Shown here one piece after another: positions 46,300 to 58,282 of a DNA stretch of 64,000 nt (its first letter is position 1; each line of letters begins with the position of its first letter). The notes beneath the pieces are model-generated. The model was not told where the DNA came from and did no database searches. It worked only from the letters and a program-made list of their open reading frames with translations. The DNA comes from Oopsacas minuta (taxonomy: Eukaryota > Animalia > Porifera): positions 1 to 64,000 of the forward strand of contig JAKMXF010000299.1 of the NCBI GenBank assembly GCA_024704765.1. Direction: 5' to 3'. The position numbers and the translations under genes are program-made.

Positions 46300-47823
46300 A
46301 TGGCCTTGCTACGTCATAAAGGTGTAACCACCCTGTTGTTCCTCTCCGCTACAGGAACAGGAGCTTACCTGTGGATAAAGAAGACACAACCGGAATCTGA
46401 TCTACTTAATCCCAGTGCTTACAGTGCCATAAGATTCGGTAGAGCTGCTATAGCTGTCGGTAAGATTATAGCAGACTATAAGATAAACCTCCCTGCTTAT
46501 ACTGCTGATAATTACGAGAGTGTAAGATCTGAAATACACTGGAGAACAGCTGAGCGATTAAAAGTGCTCTGCTACCAGAATGGTGGACTATTTGTTAAGG
46601 TAGGACAACATATAGGAGCACTAGACTACGTACTACCTCATGAATATGTACAGACTATGAAAGTATTCCATGAAGATGCCCCATACTCTCCTTTATCCAG
46701 TTTATACACGGTAATCCAAGATGATCTAGGTAGACATGTTTCTGACGTATTTGAAGAGTTTGAGGATAAACCGTTGGGGGTAGCCTCTCTTGCTCAAGTG
46801 CATAAAGCTCGTCTCAAGTCTGACGGATCTCTTGTTGCTGTCAAAGTACAGCATCCACTCGTCAAGGCTCATTCTGATACAGATCTCCGTACAATTGAAT
46901 TATTCGTAGATATTATTCATAACATATTTCCGGACGTACACTTCCAATGGCTCGTTAGAGAGATAAAACGCAATCTTCCTAATGAGCTTAATTTCTTCCA
47001 AGAAGCTCGCAACTGTCATCGCTTCTCTTGCGCTTATCGACATCTTGGCACAATCCGAGCTCCTGACATCCACTGGGACCTAACTACATCCCGTGTATTG
47101 ACCATGGAGTACGTAGAGGGAGGGAGACTGGATGATAGACAGTACATGACTCAGCACGGTATAAAACCGGAATCTATTGTCACGGAGTTAGACCGGCTCT
47201 ATAGAGACATGTTCTTTAGACGTGGTTGGATACATTGTGATCCACATCCTGGTAACGTGCTTGTGGATGCTACATACAAAGATCCTCAGTTAATATTACT
47301 GGACCATGGATTGTATGTAGATGTTAACAACCAGCTTCGGATCAGCTACTGCCGTCTCTGGAAGGCTCTCATAGACGGAGACATGCCAGGAGTAGAGCAG
47401 GCTTGTAGAGACATGGGAGTACCTGATCTCCATCAGATTATGGCAGCTGTACTAACACAGAGATCATGGGAGACTATAGCAAATAAGAAACTAAATGTAC
47501 CTCGTACTGCAGAAGAGGAGTATCTCATTACTAACCGAGCTATGGGTATGTTCTCTGAGATTACACAGGTCCTACAGAATGTACCAAGAGAACTGATAAT
47601 GGTATTCAAGACTAATGATCTACTAGCTCACGTAGAGTCAGCACTAGGTGTCGAGCGCGATGAGAGTTACTACATATCTCTAGCTAAGGAGTGTGTGAGT
47701 ATATTAGGTAGATATGAAGCTGATAGAGCTACTAGCTGGATACATTATTACCTTATAGGAATACAGACACAATGGTTGCTGTTAAAGTTAAGGATATATC
47801 AATTTTATAGGATTATATTCTAG
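46300..47823 (+). CDS. ADCK1: AarF domain-containing kinase 1 (UbiB family), single exon
   Basis: 'NGGLFVKVGQHIGALDYVLP.EY', 'ASLAQVHKA', 'VAVKVQHP', 'IHCDPHPGNVL', 'LLDHGLY'. Confidence 0.95.
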   Translation: MALLRHKGVTTLLFLSATGTGAYLWIKKTQPESDLLNPSAYSAIRFGRAAIAVGKIIADYKINLPAYTADNYESVRSEIHWRTAERLKVLCYQNGGLFVKVGQHIGALDYVLPHEYVQTMKVFHEDAPYSPLSSLYTVIQDDLGRHVSDVFEEFEDKPLGVASLAQVHKARLKSDGSLVAVKVQHPLVKAHSDTDLRTIELFVDIIHNIFPDVHFQWLVREIKRNLPNELNFFQEARNCHRFSCAYRHLGTIRAPDIHWDLTTSRVLTMEYVEGGRLDDRQYMTQHGIKPESIVTELDRLYRDMFFRRGWIHCDPHPGNVLVDATYKDPQLILLDHGLYVDVNNQLRISYCRLWKALIDGDMPGVEQACRDMGVPDLHQIMAAVLTQRSWETIANKKLNVPRTAEEEYLITNRAMGMFSEITQVLQNVPRELIMVFKTNDLLAHVESALGVERDESYYISLAKECVSILGRYEADRATSWIHYYLIGIQTQWLLLKLRIYQFYRIIF

Positions 47824-47903
47824 CTATGGTTTTACTTATATATTAAACACACTATAAGCTCTTCAATTGTCACTATAACATATGCTTTTATAAATCACTA
47901 GCG

Positions 47904-50900
47904 ATGTCTTACACTGGTTTTCTGTCTCTCTGCTCCTCTCCCATACCCAACAGTCCATATCCTCGCGGTTATTCTATCTCTCCAGGAGCTAGTTCATTCC
48001 ATCAGTTACTAGAGTATGTGATAGAGACAGGAGGGGTCCTATCTCCCCCTCATATCTCCCTCACACCGACTCTACATCCCTCTGATCTAATAGAGCATTA
48101 CCAGAATCCTGATACAAATCCCAGAACTCATTTCCTGGATAAGAATACCTCTGACATGTTATCACAACTAGAAAAGATAGGAGAGAGTAATGACTTAATA
48201 ACTCATCAACAGATAGCTGTATCTCTAAGACTGAATAATCCACCAGCTCTAGAGGTAATCTGTATAAGTATATTAGCTAGTTAATTATTAGTTTATTCTA
48301 TAGGCAGTAATACAAGATAGACAGCCTAATCTAGATGAACCTATATCTGTATCTTCTCCTAAATTAGTTGATAGAGATACAGCTATACCCACACATCCTC
48401 GTCTCACTGCTCTAGGCCTATCTGTTCTATTCTCTCAGGGATCTCCTCTCTGTCTTAGAATCCTATTGAGAGCGGGAGCTTCTGTGAACTCTAGAGATGG
48501 TGAAGGACGTACGGCTTTGCATTGGGCTGTTCTAGTAAGAGACAGAGACACCCTAAGGTTATAACATTAATTTTATTGATATACAGTTGAGTAATATATT
48601 GATTTATAGATTGTTATTAAGCAAGTCAGCTGATCCTCTGATTAGAGACCAGCGAGGTGATACTCCATTACATCTGTGCTGTAGAGTAGGTGACCATAAC
48701 ATACTATCTATGCTTATTAAACAGTTATCATCCAGGTTTTTATAACGTTGTATTATACAAGATAATATTGTGTATTACTATTGTGTTATTAGAAATAATA
48801 AATCGAGTATAGATGTACACAACTCACTACAGCACTCCCCACTATTTGAAGCTAGTTCTCTGGGACATTACCCGTGTGTACGTAGACTGCTTCGTGCTGG
48901 AGCTGATCCTACTATCCATAGTCCATTGAATAGGAATTCACTACATGCAGCTTGTCTCAGTGGTAGCTACGAGACTGTACAACTACTGATACGTAGCTCT
49001 TATAGCAAATCTCTTTTATCAGCAGGAGATTGTATTGGAGCACAGTCTATACACTATGCATCAGGTAATACATTATTCTACTATAGAGTATAACTCTCTT
49101 GTTATATTGTACTAGCTCTACATAGAACAGACATGATACAGCTGTTACAAGCTAAAGGAGCTTCTCTCTACGCACAGGATGAAGAAGGACATAACATGTT
49201 ACACTACCTAGCTCTATACCCCGCTCCTACAGATCCTATAACCACTTTATTCTCACAGGACAGGAAGATCAGGCCCAGACCAGACTTCTCTCCCCTCTAC
49301 CATATCCCATCTATCTCAGGAGTAACTCCTTTACACATAGCTGCTCTCACAGGATGTATAGAGCTAGTCAGAGAGTTGTTAGCATATAAATGTATTGTTA
49401 ACTCATTTGACAAACTTATGCTATCTCCCCTATCCTATGCTGCTATAATGGGACATAATGAGGTAATTATATCAGTCTTATAATATCAATTATTGAGTTA
49501 TTATTTGCATTTACAGATTGTTAATCTCTTCTCTACTCTCTCTCCCTCTCTCCTGAACAAACCAGATCTCTATCAAAATGCTATGTTACATTACGTCACT
49601 GCTACAGGGAATGTTCAATTGACAGAATTGTTCCTCTCAAACTCTCTCTCTAACCAATTTATTAATCATCAGAACAGGGAAGGGAGAACTCCTCTTCATC
49701 TCGCGGTTATTCACGCTCATCCCTCTTGTACTGATTTGCTGTTGGGAATCTCTGATATAGATGTTAATGTACCGGATTCTAACAGCTGGTCTCCCCTCCA
49801 CTACGCTATATCATTAGGTAGCTTTAATACAGCTAAGCTACTGTTAGAGAGAGGAGCTAAATTTGATTCTAATTTCTTCAAAGCTATTTCTTCTATTGTA
49901 ATAGCTATTGAGAAGGATTACACAGGTGAGTTGATTGATTGTTATTAGACTATTATTATCCATGGTTCATCTCTATATAGAGATGTTACAACTTGTTATG
50001 GACTATGGATACTCAGCTAATACTATCTGTCCCAATGGCACTCCTCTCCTCCATTTATCTATCTATCACTCCTCTATTCATATGACACAGCTCCTACTCC
50101 TACATGGAGCTGGCATAGACACACCCTATCTCGGCCTTACCCCCTTAGATTATTCCCTACACACACAGCAACCCGTTATCACTGATATGCTTGTCTCTCT
50201 GGGAGCTAGGACCCAGGGAGGAGTACACCACAGAGCTGCTGCTCTCATACAACTCCGATATAAATTGTTATTACATAAGAAGAGACAGGGACAGAGGATA
50301 GCATACTGGACTCCTATATTACAGAATCACGTAAGATGTTATCTAGGCAAGAAGAGATTACAAAGAGTTAGACAGATTAAGTATAACACAATAGTCAGGG
50401 CAGTTATCGTTATACAGAGACATTGGAGATCATTCTGCGCAGCTAAGAAGAAGTACGAGGAGTCTTATGAAGTGCTTAGAGCTAGACTGAGAACAGAGAA
50501 GGCTGCATATGCTCTAATCCTAGAGAAGATTAAAGAGAGAGAAACTAGAGCAACTACTGTATTAAAACCAGTTAGAAATATGTCTAGACAGAAAAAGGCT
50601 AGACAGATCCCTACCTACCTGCCTCCTATACCAATGGTACACTCTGCTCCCTGTGTAGCTAAATCTACCCCTCTCCCTCAGGTTAAGCCTCCCTCCTCCA
50701 AACTAACTCTTACTCCTCCCCCTAAAATGACAGCTTGTATAGATCAGTACAAATCCCTTACTGATCAATACCAAACTCTAAGAGTACATCTAGCTACTAA
50801 TACCCCTTCCTCTCAATCTGATTCTGTATCTCTTAAAACATCTCTCAAACAAGCTCTCAATCAAGCTATTATTCTAAGATCTGACACAGACAGACTCTCT

Positions 50901-50954
50901 CTCCCTCTCCTCCCACCAGACTCTACTCGTGCTGTATACCACCTCAAATTATGA
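47904..50954 (+). CDS. Ankyrin-repeat protein with C-terminal IQ motifs (inversin-like architecture), multi-exon
   Basis: Many 'G.TPLH.A' repeats across ~7 exons; IQ-like 'AAALIQLRYK', 'ILQNHVRCYLGKK', 'VIVIQRHWRSF'. Orthology not established. Confidence 0.75.
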
Positions 50955-51039
50955 CATCACTATATTTATATAATAAAAATATATATAATCTGTGTATAAC
51001 ATAATTCTTACTAATATCTGTATTAATATATTAGCTAAG

Positions 51040-51249
51040 ATGATAATACCAGTACGGTGCTTCACGTGTGGTAAGGTGATAGGTAACAAATGGGAGGCTT
51101 ACCTCGGACTGCTACAGAACAGTTATTCAGAGGGTCAAGCTCTGGACGCATTAGGACTCAAACGCTACTGTTGTAGACGTATGCTCCTGTCTCACGTAGA
51201 TCTTATTGAGAAGCTGCTACACTACGCTCCATTAGAACTTAACAAATAA
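51040..51249 (+). CDS. POLR2L: RNA polymerases I/II/III subunit RPABC5 (RPB10)
   Basis: '[57 protein letters not shown]'. Confidence 0.99.
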   Translation: MIIPVRCFTCGKVIGNKWEAYLGLLQNSYSEGQALDALGLKRYCCRRMLLSHVDLIEKLLHYAPLELNK

Positions 51250-51312
51250 AATTTGTATTGTGTTATGCATAATCTTATAATTGTGTGACGTAATGAATTT
51301 AGTATTATTAGC

Positions 51313-54300
51313 ATGTCAGCAACTACAGCTCCTGTTACTGTTACAGGGATGTCTACTCACACACAGCAAGTACCCACTAAGGAGACAGGTGCTACTCGTA
51401 CAAGTAGGAAGAGAGATAAGACTCATTCCGCTGCTAACGGTCATAACCTGGAGACTGAAACGAATCAGACAGAATCTTCAGAGGCTAAAAAGGCTAAGAC
51501 GGTGACACCCCCCTCCCCAATCGCTACCAAGCCTTCTATTCACGATATATTCAAGACCCTGGAGTACGGACCTGCTCCAGAGGCTTCTAATGTAGTAGAG
51601 GCTTGGTTGGATGATCACAAGAGGTAAACTGCCTGTTATATTTCGGTAAATATATTAATGTTAATCTTGTATAGATCATTTGGACACTTTATCAATGGTA
51701 AATGGTTCATGCCTGAAGGTAAGCGTAACTCCTATGAGAGTAGGAACTCTGTCAACGGCTCCCGCTTAGCTGCTACAATACAGGGCACTACAGAGGATGT
51801 TGACTTAGCAGTAGAATCTGCTAAGACTGCCTATACATCCTGGAGTATTCTCCCTCCGCACGTAAGAGCGAGGTTAGCTACACAGATTATAACTTTAATA
51901 CTAGTATTTTATCCAAATAAATGTGTGTAGACATCTGTACAGCATAGCCAGACACATGCAGAAACACGCTAGGCTCATCTCTGTACTTGAATCTATGGAT
52001 AATGGCAAGCCGATCAGAGAGAGCAGAGATAGTGACATTCCTTTGGTGATTAGACATCTCTATCATCACTCAGGCTGGGCTCAGCTGATGGATACAGAGC
52101 TCAGTGGATGGAAATCAGTAGGAGTTGTAGCCGGTATTGTACCATGGAATTTCCCTCTAATGCTGCTATCCTGGAAGGTATGTCCTGCACTTGCTATGGG
52201 TAATACAATTATTATTAAGCCAGCAACTTACACGAGACTGACTGCTCTGTTATTTGCTGAGATATGCGCAGAGGCTGGTCTACCTCCTGGTGTGTTTAAC
52301 GTAGTCACAGGTACTATTGTTATCCCTTAATCCATGGTTCTATAGCTGATAACTATTCTTGTTATTAGGTAATGGGGCATTCGGACAGGAGCTAGCCTGT
52401 CATCCTGATGTTGACAAGGTAGCATTCACTGGCTCCACAAGTGTAGGACAGATCTTGAGACAAGAAACAGCTGGTACTGGCAAGAAGCTTAGCCTGGAAT
52501 TAGGTGGGAAGAGTCCTGTCTTAGTGTTTGACACAGCTGATGTAGACAGTGCTGTAGAGGGTATAGTAGACGCTATATGGTTCAATCAGGGACAAGTTTG
52601 TAGTGCTGGATCAAGACTATTACTTCAAGAATCTGTATGTTTTGTGTACCGCTATTTATACATACTTTCATATAACCTATGATTTGTATAGATAGCCGAG
52701 AGGATGGTGCTTAAACTAAAAGACAGAATGTCTCATCTTAGACTGGGAGATTCTCTGGACAAAGGAATTGATATGGGAGCTATCGTAGACCCTGCTCAGA
52801 GGAGATCAGTAGAGACATACGTAGAAAGAGCTAGACAGGAAGGCGCTGATGTCTATCAAGCCTGTGCCTCTATTCCCAGTAAGGGTTGTTTCTATCCTCC
52901 TACACTCATAACTAACGTACAACCCGTATCCAAGGTTGTACAAGAAGAAATATTCGGACCTGTATTAACAGTACTCACATTCAGGACAACTAAGGAAGGT
53001 ATAGCTCTAGCTAATAACTCTGTATTCGGACTAGCTAGTAGTGTATGGACAGAGAATATTAGCCTTGCTATGGAAGTAGCTATCAGTCTTAAGGTAACTG
53101 TATTTAACAAACTATTAAGCAAATATTACTTTATTATTAAGTGTGTTTTAGGCAGGCACCTGTTGGATTAACTGTCACAACAAATTTGACTCTGCTGCAG
53201 GATTCGGTGGCTATAGAGAATCTGGGTTCGGAAGAGACGGGGGCAAAGAAGGTCTCTACGAGTATATACGTCCTGCCTGGCAGAATAGAATTCAGCCAGT
53301 AATTGATGAAGCTAAATACGCTTCATTTGGCACTAGTATTGCTCCTCGTCCTCTCAATCCCTCCCAGCTAACACACGGTTATCCTATCACTAGTACAATC
53401 AATACACAGGAAGTAAATAGCTGATACTTATTATATTTATCTGTATTACATTATTATTGTATTATCAACAGGTCCCATCAATTGACAGAACTTATAAAAT
53501 GTATATTGGAGGTGCTCAGAAGCGGCCCGATGCTCCCTACTCCCGTCCAGTGATTAGTGCTAAGGGTCAGGTTATAGCACAAGTAGGAGAGGGGAATCGT
53601 AAAGACATCCGAGACTCTGTAGAGGCTGCGTTCAGGGCATTCCCAGGCTGGGGGAAGAGAGCAGCTCACAACAGGGCTCAAATAGTGTACTATCTAGCTG
53701 AGAACTTAGAAGTAAGAAGAATGGAGTTTGGACAGAGAATCTCTGATATGACAGGTTGTATAGTACTCACTCTATTCTAAGAGTGCCATGTATAGTCTTA
53801 ACATATCTCAATTGTTTGAATATACCGCGAATCATTCAATACACATGCGTCTGCACTATTATGTTACGGACTGATTCCATTATTGAAATGATTTCTCTCT
53901 GTTAGGTGATTCTCTGGAAGAAGCCTTGGAGGAAGTGGATTGCTCTATCCGTAGACTATTCCATTGGGGAGCTTATGCTGACAAGTACGGGGGAGGAGTA
54001 CAGGAGACTACACTGTACGGAGCTACTGTTAAGATTCATGAACCTGTTGGAGTGATTGGTACATAATTATTAATTATATTTACCAGACACCTAGCTTATA
54101 TTATTCTGTAATTAGGTATTGCTTGTCCTACCGAGAGACCTCTCCTTGGATTTGTGTCCTTGTTTGCTCCAGCTGTAATTCGCGGAAATACTATAGTTAT
54201 CATACCAAGTGAGAGGTATCCCCTCAGTGCCAATGATCTATACCAAGTGTTTGATACCTCAGATATACCTGGGGGAGTGGTTAATATTGTTACAGGTAAG

Positions 54301-54611
54301 AGATAGTTAATAGCAGGTTATCGTTACTCTATAGTGTATGATAGTTTGATTTTATTCTAGGATCACAAGAACATCTAACTAAGTACTTAGTAGAGCATCA
54401 AAACGTAGAATCTATGTGGTATTTCGGCTCAGCAGAGGGAAGCAAATTTGTAGAATTCTCCTCTGTCAATAACGTGAAGAGGACTTGGGTAAATTACGGT
54501 GTCTCCAGAGACTGGATAAGCTCAGAGCAGGGAGAAGGGGAGGAATTCTTGATCCACTCCACTGAGGTTAAGAATATTTGGATTCCCATGGGAGATATAT
54601 TTGCAAACTGA
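51313..54611 (+). CDS. ALDH16A1: Aldehyde dehydrogenase family 16 member A1, multi-exon
   Basis: 'IFKTLEYGPAPE', 'PWNFPLMLL.WK', 'FTGST.VG', 'LELGGKSP', 'FNQGQVCSAG', 'EEIFGPV', a second ALDH-like C-terminal domain, ending 'KNIWIPMGDIFAN'. Confidence 0.94.
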
Positions 54612-56383
54612 TCAAAATTATTTGCCGTGAAAATTAGTACTGGTAACTGTCCTTATTTTAACGATTTATTTTGCTAACTTTTCAGCTAATTTGTAGTGTG
54701 CGGCTATAAAGTCGTATCGATTTATTTCTTAGTAACTCTCCCACTTCCTACTGAAATCAAATTAGCTATATTCGTCAGCTATTTTAGTTCATATTATATC
54801 TATCTTTATTTGAGTTATTTCTTAATTATATTTTCTCTCTAATCTCCTCACACTATACCTTATACGTCATTAGCATAGTACGTAGTATAGTTTTGTTTCT
54901 GTAAACTTTCATTTATTAATTCGCTGAATATTCAGGCGTTTATACCCTGGAGGTTTCATTACACAGTTGATTACAACTCTATTATTCTTGATACTTAATT
55001 CTCCATAAAATGAGGATTCTTTTTTGGCTTAAGACTGAATAGAAACAGCTGATTCCTTCCACGAGCCGAACCTTGCTTTGTACATTCTTATGTAGTGCTC
55101 TGTTCGCGATAGAACAGTCGTAAAGTTCTACAGATGCTTTTAATTGCGAAATATTTATTTGAAAAGAGGGAGGCGGAAAAGTGTCGAACTTTGCATGACT
55201 GCATTTGTCTGAATTCTTTACATGGGAGTACTTGGTGTAGTATGGCATGTCATAATTACATCCACCTACTGACTGCTGAACAAAATTAGAATGTGTGGTG
55301 AAGCTATTCTCTTTGAACAACAGATTCCGTGTCAATGCACACAAGTGCAATTTCGCCTGATTCACAACATAACTTCTGTACAGCTTGTGGCAACGTACAC
55401 TTATAGGGTTTGTATTAAGCCATGGAAGTATCTGCCTTTCAACACACACATTCTCCATTCACAATTCTCTCCTAGGCAGCGCACATTCCTCCTAGCTAAG
55501 ACAATATTATATACCTAACCTGCACTTTTGTGCTACTCTGTGTTCATTTGTTTAGTCAGGTTTCTTACATAGAAATTAGCTAACCTTTTAACTACAGATG
55601 GTATCACTGTATTACCTCGCCCTTGTTACTTATGACATCACCACTATATTCATTTTCTTCTGATCGGCTCACCCTTACTCCCTTTTGTAGCGCGAACACT
55701 TTCACTCCACGCGCCAGAATCCATAAGCTGTTGTTTGCTCTAATCCATTCCTTCGCTTGTGTATCATCACTAATTACACCCAATTTATACTGACTTGTGT
55801 TACTAACCTGGTTTGCTACGAACTCTATCTAGCTCATAGTTATGAGATTGGTTGTGATTAATAATATCCATTAATTGATCAATAATACACATTAATTGAT
55901 TAATATTACACACCTAGCCAGGAACCTAATAAAACGAACTTTTGAGTACATTAGTTTGTTTAGTTTTGTTTCTTTACTTACAATACGATAATTGCTTGTA
56001 AACAAGTAATTGGGTTGTTGTTGTCCTCGTCTCGTGTACTAGATAATATTTCAATATTGTTAATTGCATTTAAGTGACAGACTCTACCTGAAAATATTAG
56101 CTATCCTATCTCAAAGGAAAATTATAATTAATCTATTGCTTTACTGGAGGGTTGAATCCTGTTTACTTAGCTATTTTTCCATTTACTTATGCTAATTGAT
56201 TATTATTTGGGTTGTAAAGTTGGTGTAAAGTCTGTTTACTGAGCTATCCTTTGAGTAACTGTAGAATCATTATAGTCTGAACTGACCGAGTTATTAATAA
56301 TCATTCGATGATAACTCTTCTGAGATCTGAGATGTGGGGATATACGGTTAAACGGTTAAATTTAAGTGTTAATATTCTGAGAG

Positions 56384-56441
56384 TACACCCTTGATAGCTG
56401 TCTTATTTATTATAATAAATAAGACAGCTATTAAGAGTGTA
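56384..56441. repeat. 58-bp palindrome (perfect 38-bp core at 56394-56431), TA-flanked, MITE-like
   Basis: ATAGCTGTCTTATTTATTATAATAAATAAGACAGCTAT is its own reverse complement; outer arms TACACCCTTG / TAAGAGTGTA have 2 mismatches. Confidence 0.85.
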
Positions 56442-57067
56442 ATACGATATATCACTTAGAGATTTATCTTTGGGCTAATTTGCTGATAATTATAACCACA
56501 AATATAATCTATGCCATTATGATTACTGATCACATTATTCTCTTTAACTGATCCTACTTTGTCAACAATCGTCGGTAGCTTATTTCTCTTTAAGAAATAT
56601 TTGTTAAATATCTGGTAGTATGTTATGGGTTCTTAGGTCTGTAGAATATTTCCATGTCTATCTGCAGGATTCTAAGCTACATATCACTACCTAACTTATC
56701 ATTTATTCCACTGCCATATTGACGTTTCTTTGTATTGGTTTGCCGATATTCTTAATTTGATTCTAATGATCAATTCGTATCTTCCTTTCTCATATTCTAC
56801 CTACACCATTGATTTGTATTTAATTACAACAAAAGAATTATTCGTTTAATCCTTAACTTTAATAGTGTTCATTACCAAACCTGACCCACAAATTATCACT
56901 TCAAGTTTCATGTATTTAATATCATTCATTAAATAAGAAATCTTACATCCAACGAATGTGATTACTACCTATTTACAGTTATTATAACAAATAATCACTT
57001 AGCATTTTAATTACGCATGCAGATGGAGGAGGGCACCTCTTGGCATTATTCGGGCATTCGCGCTTGC

Positions 57068-58282
57068 TTATGTCATATTTGTGCAGCTGTTAAGTGTGTC
57101 TTCGGGTAGTGCATCGATGTAGCTTTGCGGAATGTAGCTCTTTACAGATCTGCCTTTTCCGCGTGCCACATTTGCAACATGTCTTCGTACATGTTTGTTT
57201 AAGTGGTCACTCCGCATGAATCTCTTATCACAGAGAGGACAAGAGAACCTCTTTTCACCTGTGTGAGTTCTGAAATGTCTAGCTAGCTCGTCGGATCGAG
57301 AGAATTTCTTGTTACAGTTAGACCAATTGCAAGCAAAAGGACGCTCTCCTGTATGTGTCCGTATATGCGCCTTAAGATGAGAGCTCTTGCCGTAAGACTT
57401 GAGACATCCAGGGTAAGGACAGGTGTGTACCTTCCTGCTCTTAGGGGGAGGAGGCTCAGTTGCACTCCCACGTCTCTGAGCGAATGAGCTTGACTTGTTT
57501 AGTATTTGAGATAATTCCTCCAATCTGTCATCAAAAGTTTTTTGTTGCTGGTTCAGATTAATGCAATCTGGGTATAGCACTGGGAGTTGGGTTTCATTTG
57601 GTTTAACAGAGCTGCCATTCCTTTGAGCCTTATAGTTGAGAGGGAATCTTATCACAGTTATCTCAGGTGTTTCAGGTCTCTCCTGTACCTCTTCACTAGC
57701 ATTCTGCTCAAATTGTGAGGTTCCGTTAAGAGAGATGAATTTCTTAGAGCTGAATCCATCTTCTATGTAGGTAGAATCTTCATTAGATTGTATCGCTATA
57801 ACTCTCGATGAGAGGAGATTATGCTCGTATACACCTTGCTGGAATGTTAGTGGTTGTAGAACACTTCTTGTTTCCTGTATTTCACACTCAGAGCTCTCTT
57901 CCTGCATAACTTCTGGTTCAGCACGGTTCGCTAGCTCTACAGGCTTACAGATAGTAACTGCCCCATTCTGTATCTCCCTTAGAGTATCAGCATTTAGCGT
58001 TATGATGAGAGAGTTCATAATATTCTCTACATTGCTAGGTTGGAAAGAGATCTGTTCGTTACAGACAGACACTGTTTGTCCCTCCAGCTGAGCAGCTGAT
58101 ACCTCCGAGAAGATGAGGGGTTTAGCATACTGTAGCTGGTCATCCATTGAAGCAGGCATCTCATTCGTATCTGTAACAGAGATCAAATATGAGTTGCTTG
58201 TCGGGGGCTTAACTATTTCTTCTGAAGCAGCATGTATGGGTATACTCTCAATAAATACATTTGCCATCTCTATTTCTGTCAT
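57068..58282 (-). CDS. KLF: Kruppel-like factor (KLF9/10/11/13-type zinc fingers), single exon
   Basis: Three C2H2 fingers '[67 protein letters not shown]'. Confidence 0.95.
   Translation of the reverse strand: MTEIEMANVFIESIPIHAASEEIVKPPTSNSYLISVTDTNEMPASMDDQLQYAKPLIFSEVSAAQLEGQTVSVCNEQISFQPSNVENIMNSLIITLNADTLREIQNGAVTICKPVELANRAEPEVMQEESSECEIQETRSVLQPLTFQQGVYEHNLLSSRVIAIQSNEDSTYIEDGFSSKKFISLNGTSQFEQNASEEVQERPETPEITVIRFPLNYKAQRNGSSVKPNETQLPVLYPDCINLNQQQKTFDDRLEELSQILNKSSSFAQRRGSATEPPPPKSRKVHTCPYPGCLKSYGKSSHLKAHIRTHTGERPFACNWSNCNKKFSRSDELARHFRTHTGEKRFSCPLCDKRFMRSDHLNKHVRRHVANVARGKGRSVKSYIPQSYIDALPEDTLNSCTNMT

Noticed and set aside
47904-50954. Ankyrin gene as the split-off IkB half of the NF-kB gene
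   Set aside because: It is 15 kb away on the other strand, has many more repeats plus IQ motifs, and shows no IkB-type degron that I could see.
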